The translations under genes and the position numbers were made by a program. Below, piece after piece: positions 41,727 through 51,708 of a stretch of 64,000 bases of DNA; positions within the stretch are counted from its first letter, which is position 1, and each line of letters opens with the position of its first letter. The stretch is from positions 224,001 to 288,000 of the forward strand of contig CAVURN010000003.1 in NCBI GenBank assembly GCA_963743915.1, read 5' to 3'. This DNA comes from an uncultured Actinomycetota bacterium (GTDB lineage Bacteria > Actinomycetota > Actinomycetes > JAHEKZ01). The notes beneath the pieces were generated by a model that did not search any database, was not told the DNA's origin, and worked only from the letters and a program-made list of their open reading frames with translations.

Positions 41727-42691
41727 GGCCGCGGCTGCCGGGCGAAGAGCGAGAGGAACTCGTAGGCGAGGTTCGCCGCCGCGATCGAGGTGATCTCGGC
41801 GTGGTCGTAAGGCGGGGCGACCTCGACGATGTCGGCGCCCACCACGTTCGCGCCGTCGAAACCGCGGACGATGCCCAGCAGCTCGCGGCTGGTGAGGCCG
41901 CCGGCTTCGGGGGTACCCGTACCGGGGGCGTGCGCAGGGTCGAGGACGTCGATGTCGATCGACACGTACACAGGCGCGTCGGCGACCCGCTCACGGATGC
42001 GCTCGACCACCGCGTCGACACCGAGACGGTCCATGTCACGACAGTGCACGATCGCGAAGCCGAACGACTCGTCGTCGGCGAGATCGTTGTCGGAGTAGAG
42101 CGATCCGCGGATGCCCACATGCATGGCGTGGTCCGCCAGGAGCAGGTTCTCCTCCCACGCGCGGCGGAAGGGCGTCCCGTGCGTGTAGGGAGCGCCGAAG
42201 TAGGTGTCCCACGTGTCGAGGTGCGCATCGAAGTGCACGAGCGCGACGGGTCCGTGCACCTCGTTCATCACCCGCAGTGCGGGGAGGGCGATCGTGTGGT
42301 CGCCTCCGATGGTGACGACGCGGCGTCCGGAGCCCACCAGCTCACGCAGACCCCCCTGCACCTGTTCGATGGCTTCCTCGAGGTGGAACGGGTTGACCGC
42401 GATGTCGCCGGCATCCACCACCTGGCGTCCTCGGAACGGCTGCACGTCGAGGGCGGGGTTGTAGGGCCGCAGCAGGCGCGAGCCCTGGCGCACGTACGAC
42501 GGCCCGAAACGCGCGCCCGGCCGGTAGGTGACCCCGCTGTCGAACGGGACGCCGACCACGGCGACCTCGAAGTCGGGCACGTCCTCGATGCGGGGCAGTC
42601 GCGCGAAGGTGGAGTGCCCAGCGAAACGCGGCACCTGGAGGGCGTCGACCGGCCCCACCACATTGTCGTGCACAATGCGCGGCTCGTTCAC
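41723..42691 (-). CDS. speB: agmatinase/guanidino-acid hydrolase (ureohydrolase family)
   Basis: [47 protein letters not shown]; substrate cannot be fixed by eye. Confidence 0.85.
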   Translation of the reverse strand: MNEPRIVHDNVVGPVDALQVPRFAGHSTFARLPRIEDVPDFEVAVVGVPFDSGVTYRPGARFGPSYVRQGSRLLRPYNPALDVQPFRGRQVVDAGDIAVNPFHLEEAIEQVQGGLRELVGSGRRVVTIGGDHTIALPALRVMNEVHGPVALVHFDAHLDTWDTYFGAPYTHGTPFRRAWEENLLLADHAMHVGIRGSLYSDNDLADDESFGFAIVHCRDMDRLGVDAVVERIRERVADAPVYVSIDIDVLDPAHAPGTGTPEAGGLTSRELLGIVRGFDGANVVGADIVEVAPPYDHAEITSIAAANLAYEFLSLFARQPRP

Positions 42692-42712
42692 CCAAGGCCT
42701 CCAGTCCCGTGC

Positions 42713-43474
42713 CTAGGCACGCGTTCGTGTCTCACCACCGGTCACCTGCACCGTCTGCCCGACGATCGCAGAGACGCGCGGGTCGGCAAGGAACGCTACG
42801 GCGTCCGCGACCTCCTGCGGACGTCCGATACGCCCGACCGGGATGCCCTCGGCGTACTGCCGGTGGATCTCCGCGAGGCTCACGCCGGCGTCCCGCGCGT
42901 CCACCTCGAGCTGTGGGGTGTCGATGACACCGGGAGCGACCGCGTTCACGATGATCCCCTCCGGGGCCAGCTCGCGACCAAGCGTCTTGGTGAGCGAGAT
43001 GAGGCCGGCTTTCGATGCTGCGTACGCCGAGGCGTTCGGCCAGCCGATGACGCCCCAGTACGACGTCACGATGACGATCCGACCCCCACCCCTGCGCCGC
43101 ATCCCCGGTAGGACCGCCTGGATGAGGTGGAACGTGCCGCCGAGGTTGGTGTCGACGACCTTCCACCAGTCGTCGACGTCGTAGTCGACGAGCGGACCCA
43201 TGGACATGTACGCGTGGTTCGCGACCAGGACGTCCACCGATCCGACGGACGCCTCGAGGTCACTGACCATCGCCCCGATCGCGGCGGGGTCGCAGCAGTC
43301 GGCTGGAGCGGCCACGCCACCCGTCGCCTCGACGACGGCCACCATGCGCTCGTCGTTCGCGCGGCCGTTGACTGCCACGACCGCACCGTCGCCCGCGAGG
43401 CGCTCCGCGACCGCACGGCCGATGCCCTGCGCCGCGCCCGTCACCAGGGCGACCTTGCCGTCGAGCTGACCCAC
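42713..43474 (-). CDS. SDR family oxidoreductase
   Basis: TGAAQGIG, YAASK, NAVAPG. Confidence 0.92.
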   Translation of the reverse strand: MGQLDGKVALVTGAAQGIGRAVAERLAGDGAVVAVNGRANDERMVAVVEATGGVAAPADCCDPAAIGAMVSDLEASVGSVDVLVANHAYMSMGPLVDYDVDDWWKVVDTNLGGTFHLIQAVLPGMRRRGGGRIVIVTSYWGVIGWPNASAYAASKAGLISLTKTLGRELAPEGIIVNAVAPGVIDTPQLEVDARDAGVSLAEIHRQYAEGIPVGRIGRPQEVADAVAFLADPRVSAIVGQTVQVTGGETRTRA

Positions 43475-44185
43475 TCAGATCACCGCCCCGGAGTTCGGCG
43501 AGATGATCTCGCCGCTGCAGAAGGTGCCGCTCTCGATCAGGAAGGCCACGGTCAGCGCGATCTCCTCCGGAGCCGCGAGGCGTCCGAGGGGAAGGGTCGC
43601 GAGGTAGGACGCGTCGCGCCACGGTGAATCGGCCGGTAGCAAGGGGGTGTCGGTCGGGCCGGGTGCGACGGCGTTGACCAGGACGCCGCTCGGCGCCACC
43701 TCGACGGCGAGACTGCGCACCAGCCCGATGACCGCTCCCTTGGCTGCCGCGTAGTGGGCGTCCTCGCTCCCGCCTCCGATGGCGAGCTCGGAGGTGATCG
43801 CCACGATCGACCCTGAGCCGCGGTCGATCATCCGCGAGAGCACCGCGCGGGAGAGGTTGAGCAGCCCTCCGACGTGGACGCGCAGCATGCGCGTCCACTG
43901 GACATCAGTGATCTGGGCGACCGGGATGATCTCGTAGTGACCTGCCGCCGAGACCACGGCGTCGACGGGGCCGAGCTCGGTCTCGACGCGCGTGATCGCG
44001 GCGTCCACCGCGCTGGAGTCGGACACGTCCGCCTCGAGACCGAGATCCCAGCCGGACGGGCGCATGTCCAGCCCCGCCACCCGCCACCCGCGGTCGGAGA
44101 GCTCGGCCGCGATGGCGGCACCGATGCCGCTCGCGGCACCGGTGACCACGGCGACACCAGGTGTCGCCTGCCGGCCGTCCGTCAT
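43475..44185 (-). CDS. SDR family oxidoreductase
   Basis: TGAASGIG, YAAAK, NAVAPGP. Confidence 0.92.
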   Translation of the reverse strand: MTDGRQATPGVAVVTGAASGIGAAIAAELSDRGWRVAGLDMRPSGWDLGLEADVSDSSAVDAAITRVETELGPVDAVVSAAGHYEIIPVAQITDVQWTRMLRVHVGGLLNLSRAVLSRMIDRGSGSIVAITSELAIGGGSEDAHYAAAKGAVIGLVRSLAVEVAPSGVLVNAVAPGPTDTPLLPADSPWRDASYLATLPLGRLAAPEEIALTVAFLIESGTFCSGEIISPNSGAVI

Positions 44186-45672
44186 GGTGCCGACTGTTCG
44201 CCGGCAAGGTAGGTGCGCGTCTCCGCGTCGTCCTCGGGGTCGTCCACTTCGAACGTCGGGAACGTCGTCATGCGCGGACGCATCGCGGCGTAGATGACGG
44301 CACCGATGACCAGCAGTGAGCCGACGACGATGTAGATCGACCAGTTGAGCCAGTTGCCGTAGAAGTCACGCGGCCAGGCGATGTTGAGGAACTGGAAGAT
44401 CGCCCAGATCACCGCGACGACGGACAGGAACGTGCTCCAGCCGCCGAAGTTGAACGGACCCGGTTGCCACTTGCCGCGCAGCTTGATGACAAGGGCGCCG
44501 ATCAGCGGGAAGAGGAACGACAGGTAGAAGCCACCAGAAGTGAAGTTGAGCATCAATGTGTAGAAGTCGACCGCCTGCGCGCTGCTGATGAGCATCACGA
44601 CACCGATCACCGACGCCACCATCAGAGCGAAGATCGGCTGCTTCTGCCCCCTCGTCAGCCTGGCCAGCAGGTGCGGAGCGGGCAGCGCGTTGTCGCGCGC
44701 GTACGACCAGATCACCCGGGACGCCGACGTCTGCAGCGCGAGGAACGAGGCCAGGAAGCCGACAGTGAACAGCACCTCGGCGACCTTGGCGACGTCCGAG
44801 CCGAGGTGGAACACGAGCGTGTCGTAGACCAGGTCGGCGTTCGGGTCAGCGGCGATCTCCGGCGGGATCGAGAGGATGATCGCCAGCGCCGAGAACATCA
44901 CGACGATCGCGATGAACGTGATCGAGAAGATGACCGCCTTCGGCAGGTTCCGCCGCGGGTGGTGGACCTCCTCAGCGATGGAACCGGCCGACTCGAACCC
45001 GACGAACGACCAGCCCACGAACGCCATGGCGATGAGGAACGGCCCGGACAGCGACAGGTAGCCCTCAGTGGAGAAGCCGTCGGTCAGCACCGAGAAGTCG
45101 TTCTCGCGGTGGAAGAGGATCAACCACAGACCGAGCCCGAGGGAACCGACGATCTCGGCGATGATGCTGCCGGTCATCAGCACCTTCAGCACGATCCGGC
45201 CGGTGATGTTCGCGATGGTGCCGAGGATGAGGATGACGAACGCGATCATCGCCTGCTCGCCGGGGGTGACCGACCACCCGAAGACGTTGGCCACGAACCC
45301 GGCAGAGAACAGCGACACTGCCGCCATCGCGACCACCAGCGTCCACATGTAGATCCACCCGGCCATCCACCCGTACGTGGCACCCAGAAGACGCCGCGAC
45401 CACTGGTAGATCGACCCCTCGATCGGCCACCGCGAGACCAGCTCGGCGAAGACCATCGCGACGAGCAGCTGCCCGCCGAACACGATGATGAAGTTCCACC
45501 AGAACGACGGACCGGCCGTGGCGTAGGACAGTCCGAAGATCCCGTACAGCGCCACGATGGGCGAGATGAAGGCGAACGCGAACGCGAATGCCGTCCACAA
45601 CGAGAACTCACGCTTCAACCGGTGGTCGGAGTGGACGTCCTCGATGTGGCTGTCGGGGCTGACGTTCGACAT
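44182..45672 (-). CDS. APC family amino acid/amine permease
   Basis: 12 TMs, AELVSRWPIEGSIYQW, GFESAGSIAEE, ARDNALP. Confidence 0.92.
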   Translation of the reverse strand: MSNVSPDSHIEDVHSDHRLKREFSLWTAFAFAFAFISPIVALYGIFGLSYATAGPSFWWNFIIVFGGQLLVAMVFAELVSRWPIEGSIYQWSRRLLGATYGWMAGWIYMWTLVVAMAAVSLFSAGFVANVFGWSVTPGEQAMIAFVILILGTIANITGRIVLKVLMTGSIIAEIVGSLGLGLWLILFHRENDFSVLTDGFSTEGYLSLSGPFLIAMAFVGWSFVGFESAGSIAEEVHHPRRNLPKAVIFSITFIAIVVMFSALAIILSIPPEIAADPNADLVYDTLVFHLGSDVAKVAEVLFTVGFLASFLALQTSASRVIWSYARDNALPAPHLLARLTRGQKQPIFALMVASVIGVVMLISSAQAVDFYTLMLNFTSGGFYLSFLFPLIGALVIKLRGKWQPGPFNFGGWSTFLSVVAVIWAIFQFLNIAWPRDFYGNWLNWSIYIVVGSLLVIGAVIYAAMRPRMTTFPTFEVDDPEDDAETRTYLAGEQSAP

Positions 45673-45843
45673 GGGGCTCCTTCGGGACGGGGCGTGCCGG
45701 AACTATGTGCCCAACCACGGCCCCATCGGAAGGGTTCTGGCCCCAGGTCTGTGCACCTCACCAACTCGCCCCTGCATGCCGGTGGCCACGTGCACAACGG
45801 TGCTCGTTCCGGCCCTTGGCCCAGAAGGACTAGCCTCCCGAAG

Positions 45844-47274
45844 GTGGAGCATGCAGCCAAGGACGACGGCGTCCTGACCGTGCGTCAGCTGCTCGAGGAC
45901 GACAGTCTCGGCCTGACGCTGCTGACCGGGGCGGAGGCGCTGACGCGTCCGGTGCGGTGGGCGCACTCGACCGAGCTGCTCGATCCCCGGCCTTACCTCC
46001 GCGGGCACGAGATCGTGCTGACGGTCGGCTCCGCACTCACCGACGACGAGGCCTGCCGGACCCTCGTGAGCAACCTGACCAGTGCGGACGCGAGCGCGCT
46101 CGGCTTCGGTCTCGGTGACGTCGTCGAGGAGGTGCCCCCCGCGCTCGTCGAGGCGTGCCGTGAGGCGGGGCTGCCCTTGGTCACCGTGCCCCGCGGCATC
46201 CCGTTCCTGGCCTTCACCGAGCTGCTCGCCGACCGACGGGCCGAGGTGGCGACCGCGCGTGACCGGCAGCTGCAGCGCGTGGTCGCGACCCTGCTCCACG
46301 ACATCTCGGCCGGGCGCGCGCTGCCCGAGCTGCTGACGCACGTCGACGACGCCCTCGGCGGGCATGTCACGGTCGAGGACTCCACCGCGTCCGCGGTCCT
46401 CCCACCCCCGGGCACCGAGGTGCGGGCGTCCCTGCCCAGCGGCGGCACCCTGGTGTGGCGCGGACGTCCCGACAAGGACGTTCCCCCCGACGCCGATGCC
46501 CTGTCACATCTCGCGCAGGTGCTGGATGTGCGGCGTCACGAAGTGGACGTCGAACGTGCGCACGACCGCGTCGACTCCGGCCGACTCCTACGCCTGGTGG
46601 CGTCGGGCCGCGCCGACCTCGACACACTCGACGAGCTGCTGCGAACCTTCGGTCTCGATACGGGCCCGATCACCCCGGTGTGCTGGCCCCGCGCTGCCGC
46701 ACCACTGATCGCCCGGCACCTGCCGGATGCTCTCCTGACCGAGATGACATGGGACGACGACACCGAGGTGGCCGTCGCACTCGTCGGCGACCCGAAGGAA
46801 GTGCGGGACGTCTCGCTCGCCCACCGCCTGCCGTGCGGCATCGGCAGCGCGGTCGACCCCGCCGGGTTGCGGCACGCGGTCCCGGAGTCGGTGGCCGCAC
46901 TGTCGCTCGCCGAGCGCTGGGGGCGTCCGGCCACCGGTGCCGACCTGACCACGTTCGAGGGCCTGCTGGAGCAGCAGCCCTCGGAGCGTCTGCTGCCCTT
47001 CGTGCAGTCACTCGTGCTGCCGCTGACCGAGCACGATCGGCAGCACGGCACACAGCTGCTTCCCACGCTGCGCGCCTACCTCGTCGGTGAGGGCGGCGTG
47101 AACGCCACGGCCCGCGAGCTCTTCCTGCACCCGAACTCGCTGCGCCACCGGCTGGCGCGCATCACCGAGCTGACCGGTCGCAACCCGCTGGTGTTCGACG
47201 ACCGGGTGGCGCTGGCGGTGGGACTCTGGGCATGGGACCGCGGACGTGCCCGCGGAGTCACGGCGTCCCGCTGA
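45844..47274 (+). CDS. PucR family transcriptional regulator
   Basis: VRWAHSTELLDPRPYLRGHEIVLTVG; HTH TARELFLHPNSLRHRL; divergent from the permease operon. Confidence 0.9.
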   Translation: MEHAAKDDGVLTVRQLLEDDSLGLTLLTGAEALTRPVRWAHSTELLDPRPYLRGHEIVLTVGSALTDDEACRTLVSNLTSADASALGFGLGDVVEEVPPALVEACREAGLPLVTVPRGIPFLAFTELLADRRAEVATARDRQLQRVVATLLHDISAGRALPELLTHVDDALGGHVTVEDSTASAVLPPPGTEVRASLPSGGTLVWRGRPDKDVPPDADALSHLAQVLDVRRHEVDVERAHDRVDSGRLLRLVASGRADLDTLDELLRTFGLDTGPITPVCWPRAAAPLIARHLPDALLTEMTWDDDTEVAVALVGDPKEVRDVSLAHRLPCGIGSAVDPAGLRHAVPESVAALSLAERWGRPATGADLTTFEGLLEQQPSERLLPFVQSLVLPLTEHDRQHGTQLLPTLRAYLVGEGGVNATARELFLHPNSLRHRLARITELTGRNPLVFDDRVALAVGLWAWDRGRARGVTASR

Positions 47275-47312
47275 CCCCTGCGATCGGAGACGAGTCAACG
47301 CCCCGCGGGGGT

Positions 47313-47356
47313 TTGGGTGCGGAAAGTGGGGTCCTGGCACCACTTTGTGCACCCAA
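47313..47356. terminator. hairpin between convergent genes (related to repeat family 2)
   Basis: ttgggtgc.aaagtgg...ccacttt.gcacccaa stem; shares gggtgcgg..aaagt with 33003-33017. Confidence 0.55.
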
Positions 47357-47374
47357 CCCGCCAGAGTGGAGGCG

Positions 47375-47407
47375 CTGCGGCGTGACCGTGGCGGTCCGGC
47401 GTAGAAA
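47375..47407 (-). repeat. REP-like repeat family 1, half copy C
   Basis: 31/33 identical to the first half of copy A; abuts the acuI stop codon. Confidence 0.8.
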
Positions 47408-48406
47408 TCAGGGACGGACGAGGGTGCGGCCGGTGTTGGCGCCGGCGAGCACGTCGTCCAAAGCAGCGGGCAACTGGTCCAACGACACCTCGCGCGAGCC
47501 GATGTCGTCCAGCCCCCGCGGGCGCAGATCGGTGGCGATCCGCTGCCAGACCGCGCGCCGCTGCTCGATCGGCATCTGCACTGAGTCGACGCCCAGCAGC
47601 GCGACGCCGCGCAGGATGAACGGGAACACCGTCGTCTCCAGCCCGATCCCGCCGGTGTTGCCGGACGCGGCAACGGCGCCGCCGTACTTCAGCGTCCGCA
47701 GGATGTACGGCAGCGTCGACGCGCCCACGCAGTCGACCGCGCCCGCCCAACGCTCACGGTCGAGCGGCTTGCCGGGACCGGACGTCTCGTCGCGCCCGAG
47801 GATCTCGGCCGCGCCCAGCTCCTTCAGGAACCCTTCGGCGTCCGCCTTGCCGGTGGACGCGGCCACCTCGTACCCGCGCTCGGCGAGGATGCCGACCGCC
47901 ACCGAGCCCACGCCGCCGGTCGCGCCGGTCACCAGCACCGGACCGTCAGCCGGAGTGAGGCCGCGCTGCTCCAGCGCATGCACCGACAGCGCCGCGGTGA
48001 ACCCGGCCGTTCCGATGACCATGGCCTGCCGCGTCGTCAGCCCAGCGGGCAGCGGCACCAGCCACTCCGACGGCACGCGCGCGTACTGCGTGAAGCCACC
48101 GTGATGGGCGACGCCGAGGTCGTAGCCGTGCGCGATCACCTCGCTGCCGACCGCGAGCCCGGACGTGCCGGGCTCGACGATCTCGCCGGCGAGATCGACA
48201 CCCGGGATGATCGGGTCGATCCGCGCGACCTTGCCGTTCGCCGTCGAGGCAAGCCCGTCCTTGTAGTTGACGCCGGACCAGTGCACGCGGATCACCGCGT
48301 CGCCGTCGCCGAGGTCGTCGACCGTGAGCTGCCGCACCTCGCGGACAACGATGTCGCCGTCGCGCTGCACGATGAGGGCGGAGAAGGTGGCGGGAACGCT
48401 CGACAT
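47408..48406 (-). CDS. acuI: acryloyl-CoA reductase AcuI/YhdH-family MDR oxidoreductase
   Basis: VNYKDGLA, PGVDLAG, GTAGFTAALSV, VTGATGGVGS, PFILRGVALLGVDSV. Confidence 0.88.
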   Translation of the reverse strand: MSSVPATFSALIVQRDGDIVVREVRQLTVDDLGDGDAVIRVHWSGVNYKDGLASTANGKVARIDPIIPGVDLAGEIVEPGTSGLAVGSEVIAHGYDLGVAHHGGFTQYARVPSEWLVPLPAGLTTRQAMVIGTAGFTAALSVHALEQRGLTPADGPVLVTGATGGVGSVAVGILAERGYEVAASTGKADAEGFLKELGAAEILGRDETSGPGKPLDRERWAGAVDCVGASTLPYILRTLKYGGAVAASGNTGGIGLETTVFPFILRGVALLGVDSVQMPIEQRRAVWQRIATDLRPRGLDDIGSREVSLDQLPAALDDVLAGANTGRTLVRP

Positions 48407-48473
48407 CAAGAGACTCCAAGGCTCGGGGACCTGCCCATCCTCACCGAACCCGACCCGCGCGCCAACACACAGA

Positions 48474-48504
48474 GTGTCGCGTCATCGGTGCGACGTCGCG
48501 ACAC
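48474..48504. promoter_or_regulatory. inverted repeat in the divergent promoter region (candidate operator)
   Basis: GTGTCGCG-N15-CGCGACAC. Confidence 0.4.
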
Positions 48505-48548
48505 ATTGCCGCTGTCCGACGTGCATGCGCACCGACCACCCTTGCTGG

Positions 48549-50696
48549 ATGGACGCCACAGCCAGCACGCACGAGCGGATGACCGCGACGCTGCGGCCAC
48601 TCTCGATCGCCGTCGTCGGCGCCAGCCCCCGCTCGTTCGCCGGACAGGTCGTCCAGCAGAACTGCGCGGCGCACCGGTACGAGGGACTGATCGTCCCGGT
48701 CAACGGCAAGTACGCCGAGATCGCCGGCATTCCCACCATCGCGACGCTGAGCGAGCTCGACACCGCCCCGGATGCGGTGGTCGCCCTCGTCGGGACGTCC
48801 CGCGTCCAGGCGATCGCCGAGGAGGCCGCGGCCATCGGGGCGGGTGCTGTGATCGTGCCGGGTGGAGGTTTCACCGACTCCGGTGGGGCGGCGAACGACC
48901 TGGCCGCGTCCCTGTCGACCCTCGCGGACGTCACCGGCATCTCCATCGTCGGACCCAACTGCATGGGCGTCGTCGACCTGGTCAGCGGAGCCATGCCCTA
49001 CATCGGCACCGTCCCCACGGACGTGCGCCGCGGTCGAGTCGCCGCGATCGCGCAGAGCGGTGCAGTGATCGAGGCGTTGGTGAACTGCGGTGGACGCGTC
49101 CCGTTCTCCACGCTGGTCAGCAGCGGCGGCGAGGCCGTCACGACCACGGGGGACTACCTGCGCTTCTTCGCCGCCGACCCCGAGACCGACGCGGTCCTCG
49201 TCTTCATCGAGGGATTCGTCGACGCTCAGGACGTCCTCGCCGCCGCGCGCGAGGTCGCCGAGGCCGGCAAGACCGTCGCTGCGTGCTTCGTGGGTCGCTC
49301 AGCCAAGGCACGCGACGGCATCCTCGCCCACTCCGGCAAGCTGGCACCGAGCGCTCGCGTCACCGCCGCCGCGCTGCGTCAGGCCGGCGTGGTGCTCGCC
49401 GACGACCTCGACGAGCTCATCACCCTGGGCGAGATCTTCGGCACCGGACGCCACGTGCGTGGAACTCGCACCCATGTCGTCACCAACTCCGGTGGAGAGG
49501 CGAACCTGCTCTCCGACCTCGCCGAGGACGCCGGCCTCGAGCTGCCCGACCTGACCGGGGCCGCCACGTCGCTCCTCGCAGCCCGGTGGCCGGCCTTCCA
49601 CACCGCGAACCCGCTCGACCCCTGGGGGGTCGACGACTACCCGGCGGTCTACCCCGTGGCGATCGATGCCGTCGCCCGCGAGGACGGCGACATCGTCATC
49701 GTGTCGCAGGACCAGCAGGCGACCGCCGGTGACTACGAACGACAGCTGGGGCTCGACCTGGCGCAGTACCTGGTCGACGCCACTGCCGGTCGCGGTGCGT
49801 TTCCGGTGCTGCTGAGCCCGACCAGTCAGGACCCGGACCCAAGACTGACCGACCTCTGCCGCGCGCACGACGTCGCGCTGCTGCGCGGCGCGCGCGGTGC
49901 GTTGCGCGCACTCGGTTCGCTCGCGCGTCGAACGCCTCCGACACGCGTCGTCCACCGCACGCCGCCACGCATCGCAGCGATCGTCGACGGCCTAGAGCTC
50001 ACGGAGGACGTGGCACTCGACATCCTCGGCGACTGCGGCGTCCAGACGCCGCGGCAGTTGCGCGTGGCGACGCCGGAAGCGGCCGTCGCGGCGGCCGCCC
50101 AGCTCGGTGGCCCGGTGGTCGTCAAGGCTGTCGCCGACGGGCTGCTGCACAAGAGCGACCTCGGCCTCGTCGTCACGAACGTCGTCAGTGCCGACGCCGT
50201 ACAGCTCGCCGCCCGCGAGGTGCTGTGTGCGGCGTCCACCGCCGGTCTGTCCGTCGAGCTGCTCGTCGTCGAGCAGATCACCGGAACGCTGGACGTCGTC
50301 GTCGGCTACAAGCGCGACCCGCAGTTCGGCCCCACGACGGTCGTCGGACTCGGCGGCGTCTGGGCCGAGATGCTGGACGCGGTCAGCGTGCACGTCGGAC
50401 CGCTCGACCTCGACGGTGCGCACCAGCTGCTCAGCGACAGCCAGGTCGGCCGCATGATGCGCGAGGCCCGTGGGGGCGTACTCGACGTCGACGCGGTGGC
50501 GCGCGCTCTGGTCGCCGTCACCGACATCGGTCTGGCCCACCCCGAAGTCGTCGGCATCGACGTCAACCCGATCATCGTCAGCCGCGACCGCGCCGTCGCC
50601 GTGGACGCCGTCATCGAGCGGGCGACCACCCCCGAGCCGCACCACCCCGTCGCACCCGCGACATCCATCACCCTCACCCAAGGAGCAACACCGTGA
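48549..50696 (+). CDS. NDP-forming acyl-CoA synthetase (acetate-CoA ligase family, fused alpha/beta)
   Basis: IAVVGAS, GPNCMG, QSGA, AHSG (phospho-His), TNSGG, NPLD, LHKSD ATP-grasp, DPQFGP, DVNP. Confidence 0.9.
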   Translation: MDATASTHERMTATLRPLSIAVVGASPRSFAGQVVQQNCAAHRYEGLIVPVNGKYAEIAGIPTIATLSELDTAPDAVVALVGTSRVQAIAEEAAAIGAGAVIVPGGGFTDSGGAANDLAASLSTLADVTGISIVGPNCMGVVDLVSGAMPYIGTVPTDVRRGRVAAIAQSGAVIEALVNCGGRVPFSTLVSSGGEAVTTTGDYLRFFAADPETDAVLVFIEGFVDAQDVLAAAREVAEAGKTVAACFVGRSAKARDGILAHSGKLAPSARVTAAALRQAGVVLADDLDELITLGEIFGTGRHVRGTRTHVVTNSGGEANLLSDLAEDAGLELPDLTGAATSLLAARWPAFHTANPLDPWGVDDYPAVYPVAIDAVAREDGDIVIVSQDQQATAGDYERQLGLDLAQYLVDATAGRGAFPVLLSPTSQDPDPRLTDLCRAHDVALLRGARGALRALGSLARRTPPTRVVHRTPPRIAAIVDGLELTEDVALDILGDCGVQTPRQLRVATPEAAVAAAAQLGGPVVVKAVADGLLHKSDLGLVVTNVVSADAVQLAAREVLCAASTAGLSVELLVVEQITGTLDVVVGYKRDPQFGPTTVVGLGGVWAEMLDAVSVHVGPLDLDGAHQLLSDSQVGRMMREARGGVLDVDAVARALVAVTDIGLAHPEVVGIDVNPIIVSRDRAVAVDAVIERATTPEPHHPVAPATSITLTQGATP

Positions 50697-51097
50697 CCAG
50701 CGAGATCACCTCCACCTTGCGTATCCGCATCGGGCAGGAGGAGGCGCACTACGGCGGCAACCTCGTCGAGGGTGCGCGCATGCTCAAGCTCTTCGGCGAC
50801 ATCATCACCGAGATCGCGGTCATCACCGACGGGGACGAGGGCCTGTTCGTGGGCTACTCGGACATCGAGTTCACCGCGCCGGTGTACGCCGGGGACTTCA
50901 TCGAGGCGACCGGCCGGGTCGTGAAGATCGGTAACACCAGCCGCACGGTCGAGTTCGAGGCGCGCAAGGTGATCGCATCGCGCTACGACCTCACCCCCAG
51001 TGCGGCGGACGTGCTGAAGGAGCCCGTCGTCGTCTGCCGCGCCACCGGCACGACGGTGATCCCCCGGGAGCACAGCCGCAAGAACCCCGACGCCTGA
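50693..51097 (+). CDS. kal: beta-aminoacyl-CoA ammonia-lyase (Kal/Acl hotdog fold)
   Basis: [49 protein letters not shown]; SD AGGAG and GTGA overlap with the ligase. Confidence 0.88.
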   Translation: MTSEITSTLRIRIGQEEAHYGGNLVEGARMLKLFGDIITEIAVITDGDEGLFVGYSDIEFTAPVYAGDFIEATGRVVKIGNTSRTVEFEARKVIASRYDLTPSAADVLKEPVVVCRATGTTVIPREHSRKNPDA

Positions 51098-51222
51098 CCC
51101 AGGAGCGACGCATCCACCCACCCCGGTGGAACACGTTCCCCGTTCATCCAGTGGACAACCACCGGGCCGGACCATCGTTCGTTGTGCTTGACTCTCCCCG
51201 ACCGACTCAGCCGGGAGGGACC

Positions 51223-51708
51223 ATGAGCACCGTCGTCGTCGTCACCACGCATGCGCTGTCGTCGGAGGACGCAGCTGAGCTGATCGATGTCGCCGGGGGA
51301 GAGGCCGCGGATGCCTCGTTCTACGTCGCGGTCCCCGAGGAACCCACGTCCGCTTCCATGGACGCGGTGCTGACCGACTGGGAGCTGGGAGTCACGGCCG
51401 GCAAGGGTGCTGCCCAGGCTGCCGTCCCCGAACGCCTCGAGAACCCGGCCGCGGCCGCGGAGCATGACGCCAAGCTGGTGCTCGACACCTCGGTCGACGC
51501 GCTGCGGACGGCCGGCGCGCAGGCAGAGGGCATCGTCACGCCGCACCACCCGCTCGACTCGATCGGAGATCTCGTCGCCCACCACGCACCCGACGAGGTC
51601 GTCGTCATGGTCCGTCACCACCATCTCAGCGAACTGACCGCGTCCGACCTCGCCGCCAGGATCCGCCGCAGCTTCAAGGTCGAGACCCTGCGGGTCAAGT
51701 CCCACTAG
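51223..51708 (+). CDS. conserved actinobacterial protein, USP-like fold
   Basis: SD GGAGG; beta/alpha pattern ending DEVVVMVRHH...DLAARIRR. Confidence 0.7.
   Translation: MSTVVVVTTHALSSEDAAELIDVAGGEAADASFYVAVPEEPTSASMDAVLTDWELGVTAGKGAAQAAVPERLENPAAAAEHDAKLVLDTSVDALRTAGAQAEGIVTPHHPLDSIGDLVAHHAPDEVVVMVRHHHLSELTASDLAARIRRSFKVETLRVKSH

Noticed and set aside
44464-45843. Long N-terminal extension of the 936-aa ORF
   Set aside because: Antisense to the APC permease; only the part from about 45844 is the PucR protein.
50693-51097. kal as evidence of lysine fermentation
   Set aside because: No kamA, kamDE, kdd or kce in the window and the context points to acryloyl-CoA chemistry; their presence elsewhere in the genome cannot be excluded.
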